From positions 1 through 53,112 of IMG/VR virus record IMGVR_UViG_3300022602_003246: a stretch of DNA of 53,112 nucleotides; one strand, written 5' to 3'. The DNA comes from a virus. Its lineage: Duplodnaviria; Caudoviricetes. This document shows positions 16,923 through 25,015 of the stretch, in pieces. Under the pieces are notes generated by a model. That model saw nothing but the letters and a program-made list of their open reading frames with translations. It searched no databases and was not told where the DNA came from. Each line of letters starts with the position of its first letter. The first letter of the stretch is position 1. A program made the position numbers and the translations under genes.

Positions 16923-18169
16923 CAGAATTTCCAATTAAAACACAAACTGCTTGTCAACTTAAGTGGTCATGGAGCACAATTTATTTAAGTCGTGGAACTA
17001 CTTCAAGTTGTCATCGCGTCAATCAAATACAATTCACACATGAAAATTTTAATGACTTTCATAATTTACCTAAAAAGATTGAAGACCGTCAACTAATGAT
17101 TGATGGCAAAAGACCAGTTGGTGGATGCGAATATTGTTATAAGATTGAAGACGCTGGTGGATTTAGTGACAGACAATATCAAATGCACGACCAAACTATA
17201 TTACCTAAAGAATTAAATGAAAATAATTTTGCTACACAAGTTACACCCACAATATTAGAAATATATTTTAGTAATATATGCAATTTAAGCTGCTTATATT
17301 GCGGTCCACATTATAGTTCAGTCTGGCAAAATGAATATAAAAAATTTGGTACAATTAAAAAAGATATTTTAGAATTAAATCGAGATGCTGAATATCGTTT
17401 GAATGAAAATTATGATGTTATGGTCGCTAAACTGTGGGAATGGATGCGTGAAAATAGTAAACATTTAAAAAGATTCCATATATTAGGCGGTGAACCATTT
17501 TTCCAAAGTGAATTCATAGATTGCTTAGACCATTTTGAAGAATATCCAAATCCAGATTGCGAATTTGTTATCATTACTAATCTTATGGTTGACGATAAAC
17601 GCATGGATTATTACATTGAACGGTTTAAAAAACTTGTAGGTAAACGCAAATTAAAAGGTTTACAAATTACTTGCAGTTTAGATTGTTGGGGACCACAAGC
17701 GCAATATATTCGCACTGGTTTAGACCTTGCTCAATGGCAACGAAACTTTGAAAAACTATTGCAAATAAAATGGATACGGCTACAAATAAATCATGCAGTA
17801 AATGTGTTAAGCATAAAGTATATGCCAGAATTATTACAAAAAATTGCAGAATGGAATACGTTTAGAAAAATTTATACCCAATATATGACTGTAATGAAAC
17901 CTGAATATATGAATCCTGATATTTTTGGTGGAGAATTATTTGCGCAAGATTTACAAAAAATTATAGAAATGATGCCGCAGAACACAGAATTTGATAATAA
18001 CATTCGTGAATATTTTATAGGCATTGGTAAACAAATCGGTGCAGCAGAACCAAATAGTTACCAAATTAATAATTTGAAAATATTCCTAACTGAAATTGAC
18101 CGCAGAAGAAACACAGATTACCGTAAATTATTTCCTTGGTTGGCGGAAATATTTGAAAATAATGCTTGA
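16919..18169 (+). CDS. Radical SAM protein with twitch-like N-terminus
   Basis: CNLSCLYC, LGGEPF, ITN and SLDCWG. Confidence 0.87.
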   Translation: MTEFPIKTQTACQLKWSWSTIYLSRGTTSSCHRVNQIQFTHENFNDFHNLPKKIEDRQLMIDGKRPVGGCEYCYKIEDAGGFSDRQYQMHDQTILPKELNENNFATQVTPTILEIYFSNICNLSCLYCGPHYSSVWQNEYKKFGTIKKDILELNRDAEYRLNENYDVMVAKLWEWMRENSKHLKRFHILGGEPFFQSEFIDCLDHFEEYPNPDCEFVIITNLMVDDKRMDYYIERFKKLVGKRKLKGLQITCSLDCWGPQAQYIRTGLDLAQWQRNFEKLLQIKWIRLQINHAVNVLSIKYMPELLQKIAEWNTFRKIYTQYMTVMKPEYMNPDIFGGELFAQDLQKIIEMMPQNTEFDNNIREYFIGIGKQIGAAEPNSYQINNLKIFLTEIDRRRNTDYRKLFPWLAEIFENNA

Positions 18170-18194
18170 CAAAAGCGGATTATATAAGTATATT
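18166..18194 (+). promoter_or_regulatory. sigma70-like promoter for tRNA-Val
   Basis: TTGACA-17 nt-TATATT. Confidence 0.6.
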
Positions 18195-18209
18195 AAGAAT
18201 ATAGACATT

Positions 18210-18283
18210 GGGCGATTAGTTTAATGGTAAAACTCCGCTTTTACACAGCGGCTACGGCAGTTCGATTCTGTCATTGCCTACCA
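18210..18283 (+). tRNA. tRNA-Val(TAC)
   Basis: Anticodon arm CCGCT-TTTACAC-AGCGG, GTTCGATTC T loop, CCA. Confidence 0.92.
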
Positions 18284-18331
18284 ATTTAGAGGTTAAAAGC
18301 ACCTTTTTAATTATTTTGTATAAATAGTTAT

Positions 18332-19063
18332 ATGACAGATTTATGTGATTATGGTTGTGGAACAGAAGCAAAATATAAACTAAAAAATGGAAAGAATTGT
18401 TGCAGTAAATCTACAAGTTCTTGTGATGGAATGAAAGAAATAAATCGTTCCAAAATAAAAAATTTAAGAAAAGATTTAGGCAATAATTATTGGAAAAATG
18501 GACACCCCAAAGGTTCATCGAAGGGAACAAGTATTAAAGGAAAAACATATGATGAAATATTTGGCGAACAAGGTGCTTTAATTCAAAAAGAAAAGTTGCG
18601 AAATGCAAATTTGGGTAAATCATTTTGGAATACTTTAAGTGAAGAAAAACAACAAAAGTTTAGAGATAAACATCGTGAAATAATTTTGAAAAGATATGAA
18701 GACGGTTGGATGCCAAAAGCTGGCAGATGTAAAAAAATTAGGTATTTTAGTCCAATAGCAGGTGAAGTATTATTAGATGGAACTTGGGAATTAAAAGCAG
18801 CACAATATATGGATGCTAAAAAATGGAATTGGAAAAGAAATACTGAAAGATTTGCATACATTAACCTATCTGGTAAAATAAGCCATTATACACCAGATTT
18901 TTATGTAGAAGAACTTGGCGGATATCTTGAAGTAAAAGGTTATGAAACAGAATTAGATCGTTGCAAGTGGAAACAATTTAAAAATAACTTGACAATATGG
19001 AAAAAAGATACTATATATAATATAACGGAGTCTGGGCAGGACGGTAATGCAGCAGCCTGCTAA
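18332..19063 (+). CDS. Free-standing PD-(D/E)XK (TnsA-like) endonuclease
   Basis: YTPDFYV...YLEVKG; Cys-rich N-terminus shared with the HNH at 13633; TATAAATA upstream. Confidence 0.75.
   Translation: MTDLCDYGCGTEAKYKLKNGKNCCSKSTSSCDGMKEINRSKIKNLRKDLGNNYWKNGHPKGSSKGTSIKGKTYDEIFGEQGALIQKEKLRNANLGKSFWNTLSEEKQQKFRDKHREIILKRYEDGWMPKAGRCKKIRYFSPIAGEVLLDGTWELKAAQYMDAKKWNWKRNTERFAYINLSGKISHYTPDFYVEELGGYLEVKGYETELDRCKWKQFKNNLTIWKKDTIYNITESGQDGNAAAC
18989..19017 (+). promoter_or_regulatory. sigma70-like promoter for tRNA-Ser, inside the endonuclease ORF
   Basis: TTGACA-17 nt-TATATA, 9 nt upstream of the tRNA. Confidence 0.5.
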
Positions 19064-19114
19064 GCTGTACTACCCGCTTGGGTAGACTGGGTTCGACTCC
19101 CAGAGGCTCCGCCA
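19027..19114 (+). tRNA. tRNA-Ser(GCT)
   Basis: GGAGTCT/AGGCTCC-G-CCA, loop CTGCTAA, long variable arm CTACCC/GGGTAG, GTTCGACTC. Confidence 0.92.
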
Positions 19115-19133
19115 TTTATTTTTTGGGTGTTAT

Positions 19134-19523
19134 ATGAAAGTATTATTTCTCGTTGAAACACCGCAGTGTGTAAAATTATTAGACGAAATTACCGATATTA
19201 AAATTATAAGTGAAAGCGAACTTGTAGAAGACACGCCATGGCAACATGGATTTTTTCAAATCGGTTATAGTAATTATGTTGTAAGTCGTGCTTCTAACTT
19301 AAGCAAGATTTATAGATTTAGTAAACCACTTGCATTTGTGTTAGATCAGCGTCATCATAATGCAATTGATAAAATTCCACACGATATAAGTATTCGTGTT
19401 GTAAATGATTTTGTTGCAAAGCGTTTGAGTGATAGCGTGTTATATAAATGTGATAAAACATATCTTGCAAATGATTTGACGCTACAAGAATTGCGTAATA
19501 TATTAGGGGTAACGGTCTCGTAG
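19134..19523 (+). CDS. Hypothetical protein
   Basis: 129-aa ORF between tRNAs; stop lies inside tRNA-Arg. Confidence 0.55.
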   Translation: MKVLFLVETPQCVKLLDEITDIKIISESELVEDTPWQHGFFQIGYSNYVVSRASNLSKIYRFSKPLAFVLDQRHHNAIDKIPHDISIRVVNDFVAKRLSDSVLYKCDKTYLANDLTLQELRNILGVTVS

Positions 19524-19590
19524 TCTAACTGGACAAGGCATCAGCCTTCTAAGCTGTCATATGCAGGTTCGAGTCCTGCCGAGATCGCCA
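19514..19590 (+). tRNA. tRNA-Arg(TCT)
   Basis: GGTCTCG/CGAGATC-G-CCA, loop CTTCTAA, GGTTCGAGTCC. Confidence 0.92.
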
Positions 19591-19601
19591 ATAAATACCC
19601 T

Positions 19602-20072
19602 ATGCGAATTGTAGATATCATAAACGAAGCAGGTGGCGAACCAATATATTATTTTGCATATGGTATGCTGACCGATCCGTCTCATATGCGTGGTGCAAAG
19701 TTTGTTGATCGTGCTGCGTTACTTAATTATAAATTTGAATTTCGCAGGTATGCAAACGTAGTTGAAACTGCTGGTAATCAAGTTGACGGTGTACTATGGG
19801 AACTACCAACTGATATGATACGTGAATTAGATCAGGTTGAAGGTTATCCAAATCTGTATGGTCGCAAAACAGTTCCTGTCTATACAGAAGATGGTCAGCG
19901 TTATGAAGCATGGGTTTACTACATGACACCAGAAACAGTCAGTAGAACAAAACGCGACCGTATGCCAAGTAATAGTTATGTAACTACAATATTAAATGGC
20001 TATCGTCATGCTGGTATTGCGTCACAACAAGTAAATGATGCCTATTATGAATTGCTTGATAATAAGCCATAA
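19602..20072 (+). CDS. Gamma-glutamylcyclotransferase (AIG2-like)
   Basis: YYFAYG, VDGVLW, LDQVEGYP and AWVYYM. Confidence 0.85.
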   Translation: MRIVDIINEAGGEPIYYFAYGMLTDPSHMRGAKFVDRAALLNYKFEFRRYANVVETAGNQVDGVLWELPTDMIRELDQVEGYPNLYGRKTVPVYTEDGQRYEAWVYYMTPETVSRTKRDRMPSNSYVTTILNGYRHAGIASQQVNDAYYELLDNKP

Positions 20073-20125
20073 ATTCCTATAAAAAAAACGGAAAAAATGT
20101 AGCAATTTCAATGCTAAAAAAACTC

Positions 20126-20153
20126 TTGACAACCCTAAAATCTGTGTTATATT
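20126..20153 (+). promoter_or_regulatory. sigma70-like promoter
   Basis: TTGACA-16 nt-TATATT, TG extended -10. Confidence 0.65.
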
Positions 20154-20183
20154 AGATTATAAGCTGATATATGGAGAAATTAA

Positions 20184-20372
20184 GTGTTTAATTCGCTGCC
20201 AAAATATTCATATAGTGCTGTGTCAAAAAGCACGGATAAGTTGCGAGTTCTTACAGAATCGCTGCAAACAATTGATCCAGAAGTTCTTGCACGAGTTAAA
20301 GAATTTAAACTAACATGGAATTTTATTGATAATACAGCAGTTCCAGAAGTAACGGTAGTTTTCAAAGATTAA
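20184..20372 (+). CDS. Hypothetical protein
   Basis: GTG start with GGAG SD. Confidence 0.6.
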   Translation: MFNSLPKYSYSAVSKSTDKLRVLTESLQTIDPEVLARVKEFKLTWNFIDNTAVPEVTVVFKD

Positions 20373-20381
20373 GGATATACA

Positions 20382-21563
20382 ATGTTTTACGATTTTCCCC
20401 GTATCACCCACCTTGACCAGGTTCGTCCTGCTATTGAAGGTCGTGATGAATTTATCATTGCAGAGCGTGATTGGGGCTATGTAGTCAATTACATGGTCAG
20501 CATGTCTGATACCTTTCCGCCTGTTGAGTCAGAGATGGATGCAATTCGTCGTGAGTGTCGTGGTATGCTGTTCCACAAGGACGGCTCTATCATGGCTCGC
20601 CGCTTGCACAAGTTCTTCAACATTGGTGAGCGTGATGAAACGCAGTTTTCTGCGATTGACTTTTCACAGCCGCATGTTATCTTGGAGAAGTTAGACGGCA
20701 GCATGGTAACTGGCGTATTCACCGATGGTGGATTGCGACTTGGCACCAAAATGGGGATTACGGAAGTCTCTATGCAAGCAGAAGAGTTTGTAGCAACACG
20801 CCCACAGTATGAACAGTTCATTCGTTGGGCAGATCAATCATGTGGTTATACTCTTATATTTGAATGGTGTTCTCGTAAGCAACAGATTGTTATTGATTAC
20901 CCAGAAGACCGTCTTGTTTTAATCGCCGCTCGCCACAAGGAAAACGGTGCTTATGCAAGCCTGCAATGGTTGCAAGAGTATGGTGATATGTTTGAAGTAG
21001 AGGTTGTAAAGACCTATGCTGGTACCGCCAAGTCTATGGTTCATCTTATGGATGAAACTCGTGATGCCGAAGGCATTGAGGGTTATATCGTTCGCTTTGA
21101 TGATGGTCACATGCTAAAAATAAAGGCGGCTGATTATCTTCGTAAGCATAAGACAAAGGATGCTATCTCGTTAGAGAAGAACATTATCTCTTTGTTAGTA
21201 AATGAACAAATGGACGATGTAAAGGCATTTATGCTTCCAGACGACCGCAAGCGGGTGGAAGATTACGAAACCGATTTTTGGATCGGTGTAAATCAAGTAG
21301 TTCAGTCATATGACCGCTACTTTGATACTGTAATCGCTCACGGACTTGACCGCAAGCGTTTTGCTTTGGAATGGCTTCCTACAATTAAAGGTCAGGATGC
21401 TTTTGCTGGCAACATTGTTTTCGGCAAATTTGATCATCGTGATACGAGAACTATGGTATTAGATATCATCAAGCGTAGCACTGGAACCCAAACTAAAATT
21501 GACGAAGTTCGTCATCTTTGGGGTTCACATCGTTGGACTTATCACTTTGAGGCTGATGCTTAA
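20382..21563 (+). CDS. T4 Rnl1-type RNA ligase
   Basis: RECRG, KFFN, EKLDGS (adenylated Lys), FEW, EGY and LKIK. Confidence 0.9.
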   Translation: MFYDFPRITHLDQVRPAIEGRDEFIIAERDWGYVVNYMVSMSDTFPPVESEMDAIRRECRGMLFHKDGSIMARRLHKFFNIGERDETQFSAIDFSQPHVILEKLDGSMVTGVFTDGGLRLGTKMGITEVSMQAEEFVATRPQYEQFIRWADQSCGYTLIFEWCSRKQQIVIDYPEDRLVLIAARHKENGAYASLQWLQEYGDMFEVEVVKTYAGTAKSMVHLMDETRDAEGIEGYIVRFDDGHMLKIKAADYLRKHKTKDAISLEKNIISLLVNEQMDDVKAFMLPDDRKRVEDYETDFWIGVNQVVQSYDRYFDTVIAHGLDRKRFALEWLPTIKGQDAFAGNIVFGKFDHRDTRTMVLDIIKRSTGTQTKIDEVRHLWGSHRWTYHFEADA

Positions 21564-21973
21564 TGTTGGTAATTGAAATACCAGATTGGGTTGTCATAAC
21601 TGATGCAATCATGGTTGTATGCTACGGTGTATGTGCCATGATTGCAGTAGGATTTGATATTCATATGGGTAATTGGCGTGATAAACTTTTATCAGTTAAA
21701 CGCAATTATTTGTTGCTATATGGTAGAGTGGTTTATAGATATAAAACAGTTGGTAGTTATAAAGAGGGAACTGATAAGGATATCGTAAGTAAAGATTATC
21801 TTGAAAAATGCGCTTGGATAAATGAAAATGTCAAATCTGGCGATGCTTGGTATGAAAGTTTTGTTCTTGAATTAGTATCACCTCGTGTTTTGCAATTATG
21901 TAAAGATCACACTTATACTTTTAGATTTAAGCGAGCAGAAGATTTAACACACTATTTGATAAGGTGGGGTTGA
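21563..21973 (+). CDS. Hypothetical protein, N-terminal TM plus 'LxRW' family domain
   Basis: Ends FKRAEDLTHYLIRWG. Confidence 0.6.
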   Translation: MLVIEIPDWVVITDAIMVVCYGVCAMIAVGFDIHMGNWRDKLLSVKRNYLLLYGRVVYRYKTVGSYKEGTDKDIVSKDYLEKCAWINENVKSGDAWYESFVLELVSPRVLQLCKDHTYTFRFKRAEDLTHYLIRWG

Positions 21974-21974
21974 T

Positions 21975-22181
21975 ATGATTGTTGATAGTGGTGTTAGGTT
22001 TGAGTTTGCAGGTAAAAAAGGTTTATATCATTATGTGCATCTTAACAAAAATTTAAGTGAAGCAGTGACTTGGTGCTTGGATAATTTTGGAGATAATAAT
22101 GATATTTGGTTTTATAGTAAAAATAAATTTATCTTTACAAAGCGTGAGGATATGACACTATTTTTAATGCGGTGGTCATGA
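21975..22181 (+). CDS. Hypothetical protein, 'FLMRWS' family
   Basis: WCLDNFG...FTKREDMTLFLMRWS. Confidence 0.65.
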   Translation: MIVDSGVRFEFAGKKGLYHYVHLNKNLSEAVTWCLDNFGDNNDIWFYSKNKFIFTKREDMTLFLMRWS

Positions 22182-22359
22182 AAACAGATAATTTGCAATG
22201 GTATCAATGGCAGTATAATGGTATCGCTCCGTTCCGAGAGATACTAATATGGTGCACGGATACCCTTCCAAAAAATTCATTTGGTTATCGTGGTTGGGAA
22301 ACTATTGACTTTTTTGATGAGTCAGCGTATGTGTTATTTTTAATGCGGTGGTCATGAAA
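22159..22359 (+). repeat. 25-bp direct repeat at two gene junctions (22159-22183; 22335-22359)
   Basis: TATTTTTAATGCGGTGGTCATGAAA is identical in both. Confidence 0.85.
22178..22357 (+). CDS. Hypothetical protein, 'FLMRWS' family
   Basis: WCTDT...FFDESAYVLFLMRWS; ATGA overlap. Confidence 0.65.
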   Translation: MKTDNLQWYQWQYNGIAPFREILIWCTDTLPKNSFGYRGWETIDFFDESAYVLFLMRWS

Positions 22360-22569
22360 CGAAAATGGGTTTATAATTCTTACATACAAACATTTTTTTG
22401 GGATCATCGACAATTTCAAAGTTTTAAGATCAAAGTGAGTGATGTGCTATCAACAGATATTGAATTATTAAAATGGTGTGCAGAAAATAATTGCAAAATA
22501 CAGCACAGTTGGGTAGAATGTCCTAATGACGAAACAGCAATGTTTTTTACAGTAAGGTGGGCAGTATGA
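22354..22569 (+). CDS. Hypothetical protein, 'FxxRW' family
   Basis: WCAEN...DETAMFFTVRWAV. Confidence 0.6.
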   Translation: MKRKWVYNSYIQTFFWDHRQFQSFKIKVSDVLSTDIELLKWCAENNCKIQHSWVECPNDETAMFFTVRWAV

Positions 22570-22853
22570 TAGGATTTCATTTGAGAATAGGCAATCCATT
22601 TGCTAAAAATTGGGTATCAACTCGTAATGTTTTTTTACGAAATTATCGCATTACCAAACATAAAAACTTGGAATTACAAGTTTCATTTTGGAGCGGTTTA
22701 GATGAGTTTTTTAGCATAAATCTTGACACTTGGTGGTTTGGTAGTGACCACGCTGGCCCACAATTTGACTTGACAATTCTGTGGTTCTATGTTAGTATTA
22801 AAATGTATGATGAACGTCATTGGAACCATGCAAATGAGTGTTGGGAAGATTGA
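22566..22853 (+). CDS. Hypothetical protein
   Basis: ATGA-coupled ORF. Confidence 0.6.
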   Translation: MIGFHLRIGNPFAKNWVSTRNVFLRNYRITKHKNLELQVSFWSGLDEFFSINLDTWWFGSDHAGPQFDLTILWFYVSIKMYDERHWNHANECWED

Positions 22854-22857
22854 AACG

Positions 22858-23043
22858 ATGAACGAGCGAATTAAAGAACTATTGAAACAATCTACAATTG
22901 ACGGCATTCCGCAGCTTGATATTGAAGACAGCATTGATTATGAAAAGTTTGCTGAACTAATTGTGCGTGAATGTGCCAATTATGCCTTTTCCGATGACCA
23001 AGATCATAAAGCAATGCTAAAACATTTTGGTATTGAACAATGA
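22858..23043 (+). CDS. Hypothetical protein, MNERIKEL...KFAELIVREC family
   Basis: Paralog of the next gene. Confidence 0.65.
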   Translation: MNERIKELLKQSTIDGIPQLDIEDSIDYEKFAELIVRECANYAFSDDQDHKAMLKHFGIEQ

Positions 23044-23183
23044 ACGAGCGAATTAAAGAACTTGCGTTAGATGCGGGACTATTGAACTATGTAGATCATG
23101 AAACACCTAGACGCTACTTCATTAGTGGCAATGCCGAACAAGAAGATGTTGTAAAGTTTGCTGAACTAATTGTGCGTGAATGT
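22858..23183 (+). repeat. Paired exact direct repeats (23 bp: 22858-22880/23040-23062; 31 bp: 22944-22974/23153-23183)
   Basis: ATGAACGAGCGAATTAAAGAACT and AAAGTTTGCTGAACTAATTGTGCGTGAATGT. Confidence 0.85.
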
Positions 23184-23270
23184 ATGGAATGGTGTGATGC
23201 TCATGCTACGATTGATGGCACTGCTCAAAAGATTCGTGATGATATAAAGAAACATTTTGGAGTTGAATAA
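23040..23270 (+). CDS. Hypothetical protein, MNERIKEL...KFAELIVREC family
   Basis: Paralog of the previous gene. Confidence 0.65.
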   Translation: MNERIKELALDAGLLNYVDHETPRRYFISGNAEQEDVVKFAELIVRECMEWCDAHATIDGTAQKIRDDIKKHFGVE

Positions 23271-23719
23271 TGAGATTAGGAACACCATTTGATGCACTGC
23301 ATGAAGCCGTAGCCGCTGCTGTGCATCGTGACTTGCCTGAAATTACTTACCAAGACCGAGACTGGGATGCTTATCGTTCTTTGAGCAAGGAACAACAAGG
23401 TGCGGCAATGAAGACCGACACTGTGCCAAAGGTTACCAAAACTCGTCGTGTTCAGGCAGATGAAGTAGAAGTAGTGATGTTCCCACAGATTTGGGGCAGC
23501 ACTGCGCTTGGTTATGGTGGCATTGGTGGCTCTGCAATGACACCTGCTTATACAGTAGTGGTCAGCTACGAAACCCACATATGCGTGTATTTTGGATATG
23601 GTCAATTGGCATACAAATTAGATTATGCTGAAATGAGTGCAGAAGGTCGTGATAACTTTCGCAAGGACTTGCATGGTCATACCTTAAAAGATATTGCTGG
23701 TTCAGGAGTGTATCGGTAA
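23270..23719 (+). CDS. Hypothetical protein
   Basis: Coupled ORF containing FPQIWGSTALGYGG. Confidence 0.65.
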   Translation: MRLGTPFDALHEAVAAAVHRDLPEITYQDRDWDAYRSLSKEQQGAAMKTDTVPKVTKTRRVQADEVEVVMFPQIWGSTALGYGGIGGSAMTPAYTVVVSYETHICVYFGYGQLAYKLDYAEMSAEGRDNFRKDLHGHTLKDIAGSGVYR

Positions 23720-23943
23720 TGGATGCGGAAATTGCAGCAATCCGTGAAAAGATTGCCAAGTTAGAAAAGTATCGTGATTTGGTATGGTTCATTGCCAATG
23801 ATTGTATTGAATTGAGTTATGAAAAAGCACAGTCGCAGCGTGATTATTGGAGCAAACGCTGTCGCAAATTGCGAGATGAATTAGAACATGATACAGGGTT
23901 TACCAGTGAAGAACTTAACCATAGATTGAGCGATGATTTCTAA
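23719..23943 (+). CDS. Hypothetical protein
   Basis: Coupled ORF with AGGAG SD. Confidence 0.6.
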   Translation: MDAEIAAIREKIAKLEKYRDLVWFIANDCIELSYEKAQSQRDYWSKRCRKLRDELEHDTGFTSEELNHRLSDDF

Positions 23944-24224
23944 TGGGATTGGACTCTTTTACAGTTAGAACATATTATTTGTCGCTTACTTGTGATGCGT
24001 GTGGTCATACACAAGAACACTCGCATGATATAAGCGACAAAGATAATCTTGCTGATGGTGTTGAACAGCGTAGTGAAAAACGCAAAGAAGAAATGCGTGG
24101 TTGGCATTATTCTTATTACAAGATAGAACCAGTATGGGATGCGTTTGCAAGATTTGAAAATCCAGAGACACAAGAAATGACACGCACTCTGTTGTGTCCA
24201 AAATGCAGTGAGGAGAATGTATAA
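23943..24224 (+). CDS. Hypothetical zinc-binding protein
   Basis: CDAC...CPKC. Confidence 0.6.
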   Translation: MGLDSFTVRTYYLSLTCDACGHTQEHSHDISDKDNLADGVEQRSEKRKEEMRGWHYSYYKIEPVWDAFARFENPETQEMTRTLLCPKCSEENV

Positions 24225-24376
24225 TGGAATATAAATGGTATTTTATTATGATGGCGGTTGTAATGTCCGCTATCATGATTGGTGCAGGCGTTGATAGTTG
24301 GCAGAAGAGCAGTTGTAAAGTAGAATATGCCAAGACCACACGCACAGTTGCAGAAATCAACGAGATTTGCAAGTGA
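24224..24376 (+). CDS. 50-aa membrane protein (not in ORF track)
   Basis: MEYKWYFIMMAVVMSAIMIGAG...; AGGAG SD. Confidence 0.55.
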   Translation: MEYKWYFIMMAVVMSAIMIGAGVDSWQKSSCKVEYAKTTRTVAEINEICK

Positions 24377-24600
24377 TCACGGCTGAAAAATCCGATACTG
24401 TTAGTGTAGGTCCAAATGATAGACAATTCAGGTTCGTTGATGGCTTTCGTCTTGTGCCTCGTGCTGAAATTAGAATACACAACGGTGTTCAAGAACATGA
24501 ACGCAAACTGATTGAAAAGTGGATTAAGTCTGGCCATATTCAAGCCTATGCTAATATGACCAGTGAAGAATATGTTTTGGCATCATTGAGGATGGGATAA
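24373..24600 (+). CDS. Hypothetical protein
   Basis: GTGA-coupled ORF. Confidence 0.55.
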   Translation: MITAEKSDTVSVGPNDRQFRFVDGFRLVPRAEIRIHNGVQEHERKLIEKWIKSGHIQAYANMTSEEYVLASLRMG

Positions 24601-24728
24601 TGAAATGCGATTACGATACTCGTAAAACTATTGTAGTAGTTGCGCTTATTGCTGGTGCCGCTTATGCTGCTGGCAATCATAGTATTGATTGCGGTTTGTT
24701 TTTGTTTTTAGCGTGGATAATTTGGTAA
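24600..24728 (+). CDS. 42-aa membrane peptide (not in ORF track)
   Basis: MKCDYDTRKTIVVVALIAGAAYAAG...; TAATG coupling on both sides. Confidence 0.5.
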   Translation: MKCDYDTRKTIVVVALIAGAAYAAGNHSIDCGLFLFLAWIIW

Positions 24729-25015
24729 TGGAAAGAGTAACGATTGAAGATATACTAACAACTTGGCAGTATATTCCACTGGCAGAATATGCTCGTGCTA
24801 TTGACTTGGCAAAAATTGGTGTTGATGCTAAACTTGTTACGAGTAAAAGTGAGTTTAATCGACTTGTAGATAGTGGCGGCATACGGCTAAACGGCACCAA
24901 AGTAAATGACCCTAATGCTTATATCTTCTTTCCACCAAATAGTGACTTGACAAATATTGGTGCAGGTGTTATTATGAGTATAGATCGTAAAAGAGCAGAG
25001 GCAGTAGGCATATGA
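24728..25015 (+). CDS. Stand-alone S4 RNA-binding domain (TyrRS C-terminal-like)
   Basis: AKLVTSKSEFNRLVDSGGIRLNGTKVND matches the S4 pattern S-K-S-E-A-R-R-L-I-x-x-G-G-V-x-I-N-G. Confidence 0.7.
   Translation: MERVTIEDILTTWQYIPLAEYARAIDLAKIGVDAKLVTSKSEFNRLVDSGGIRLNGTKVNDPNAYIFFPPNSDLTNIGAGVIMSIDRKRAEAVGI

Noticed and set aside
22159-23183. CRISPR or other guide-RNA array
   Set aside because: Each repeat occurs only twice and lies within coding paralogs. There are no regular spacers and no cas genes.
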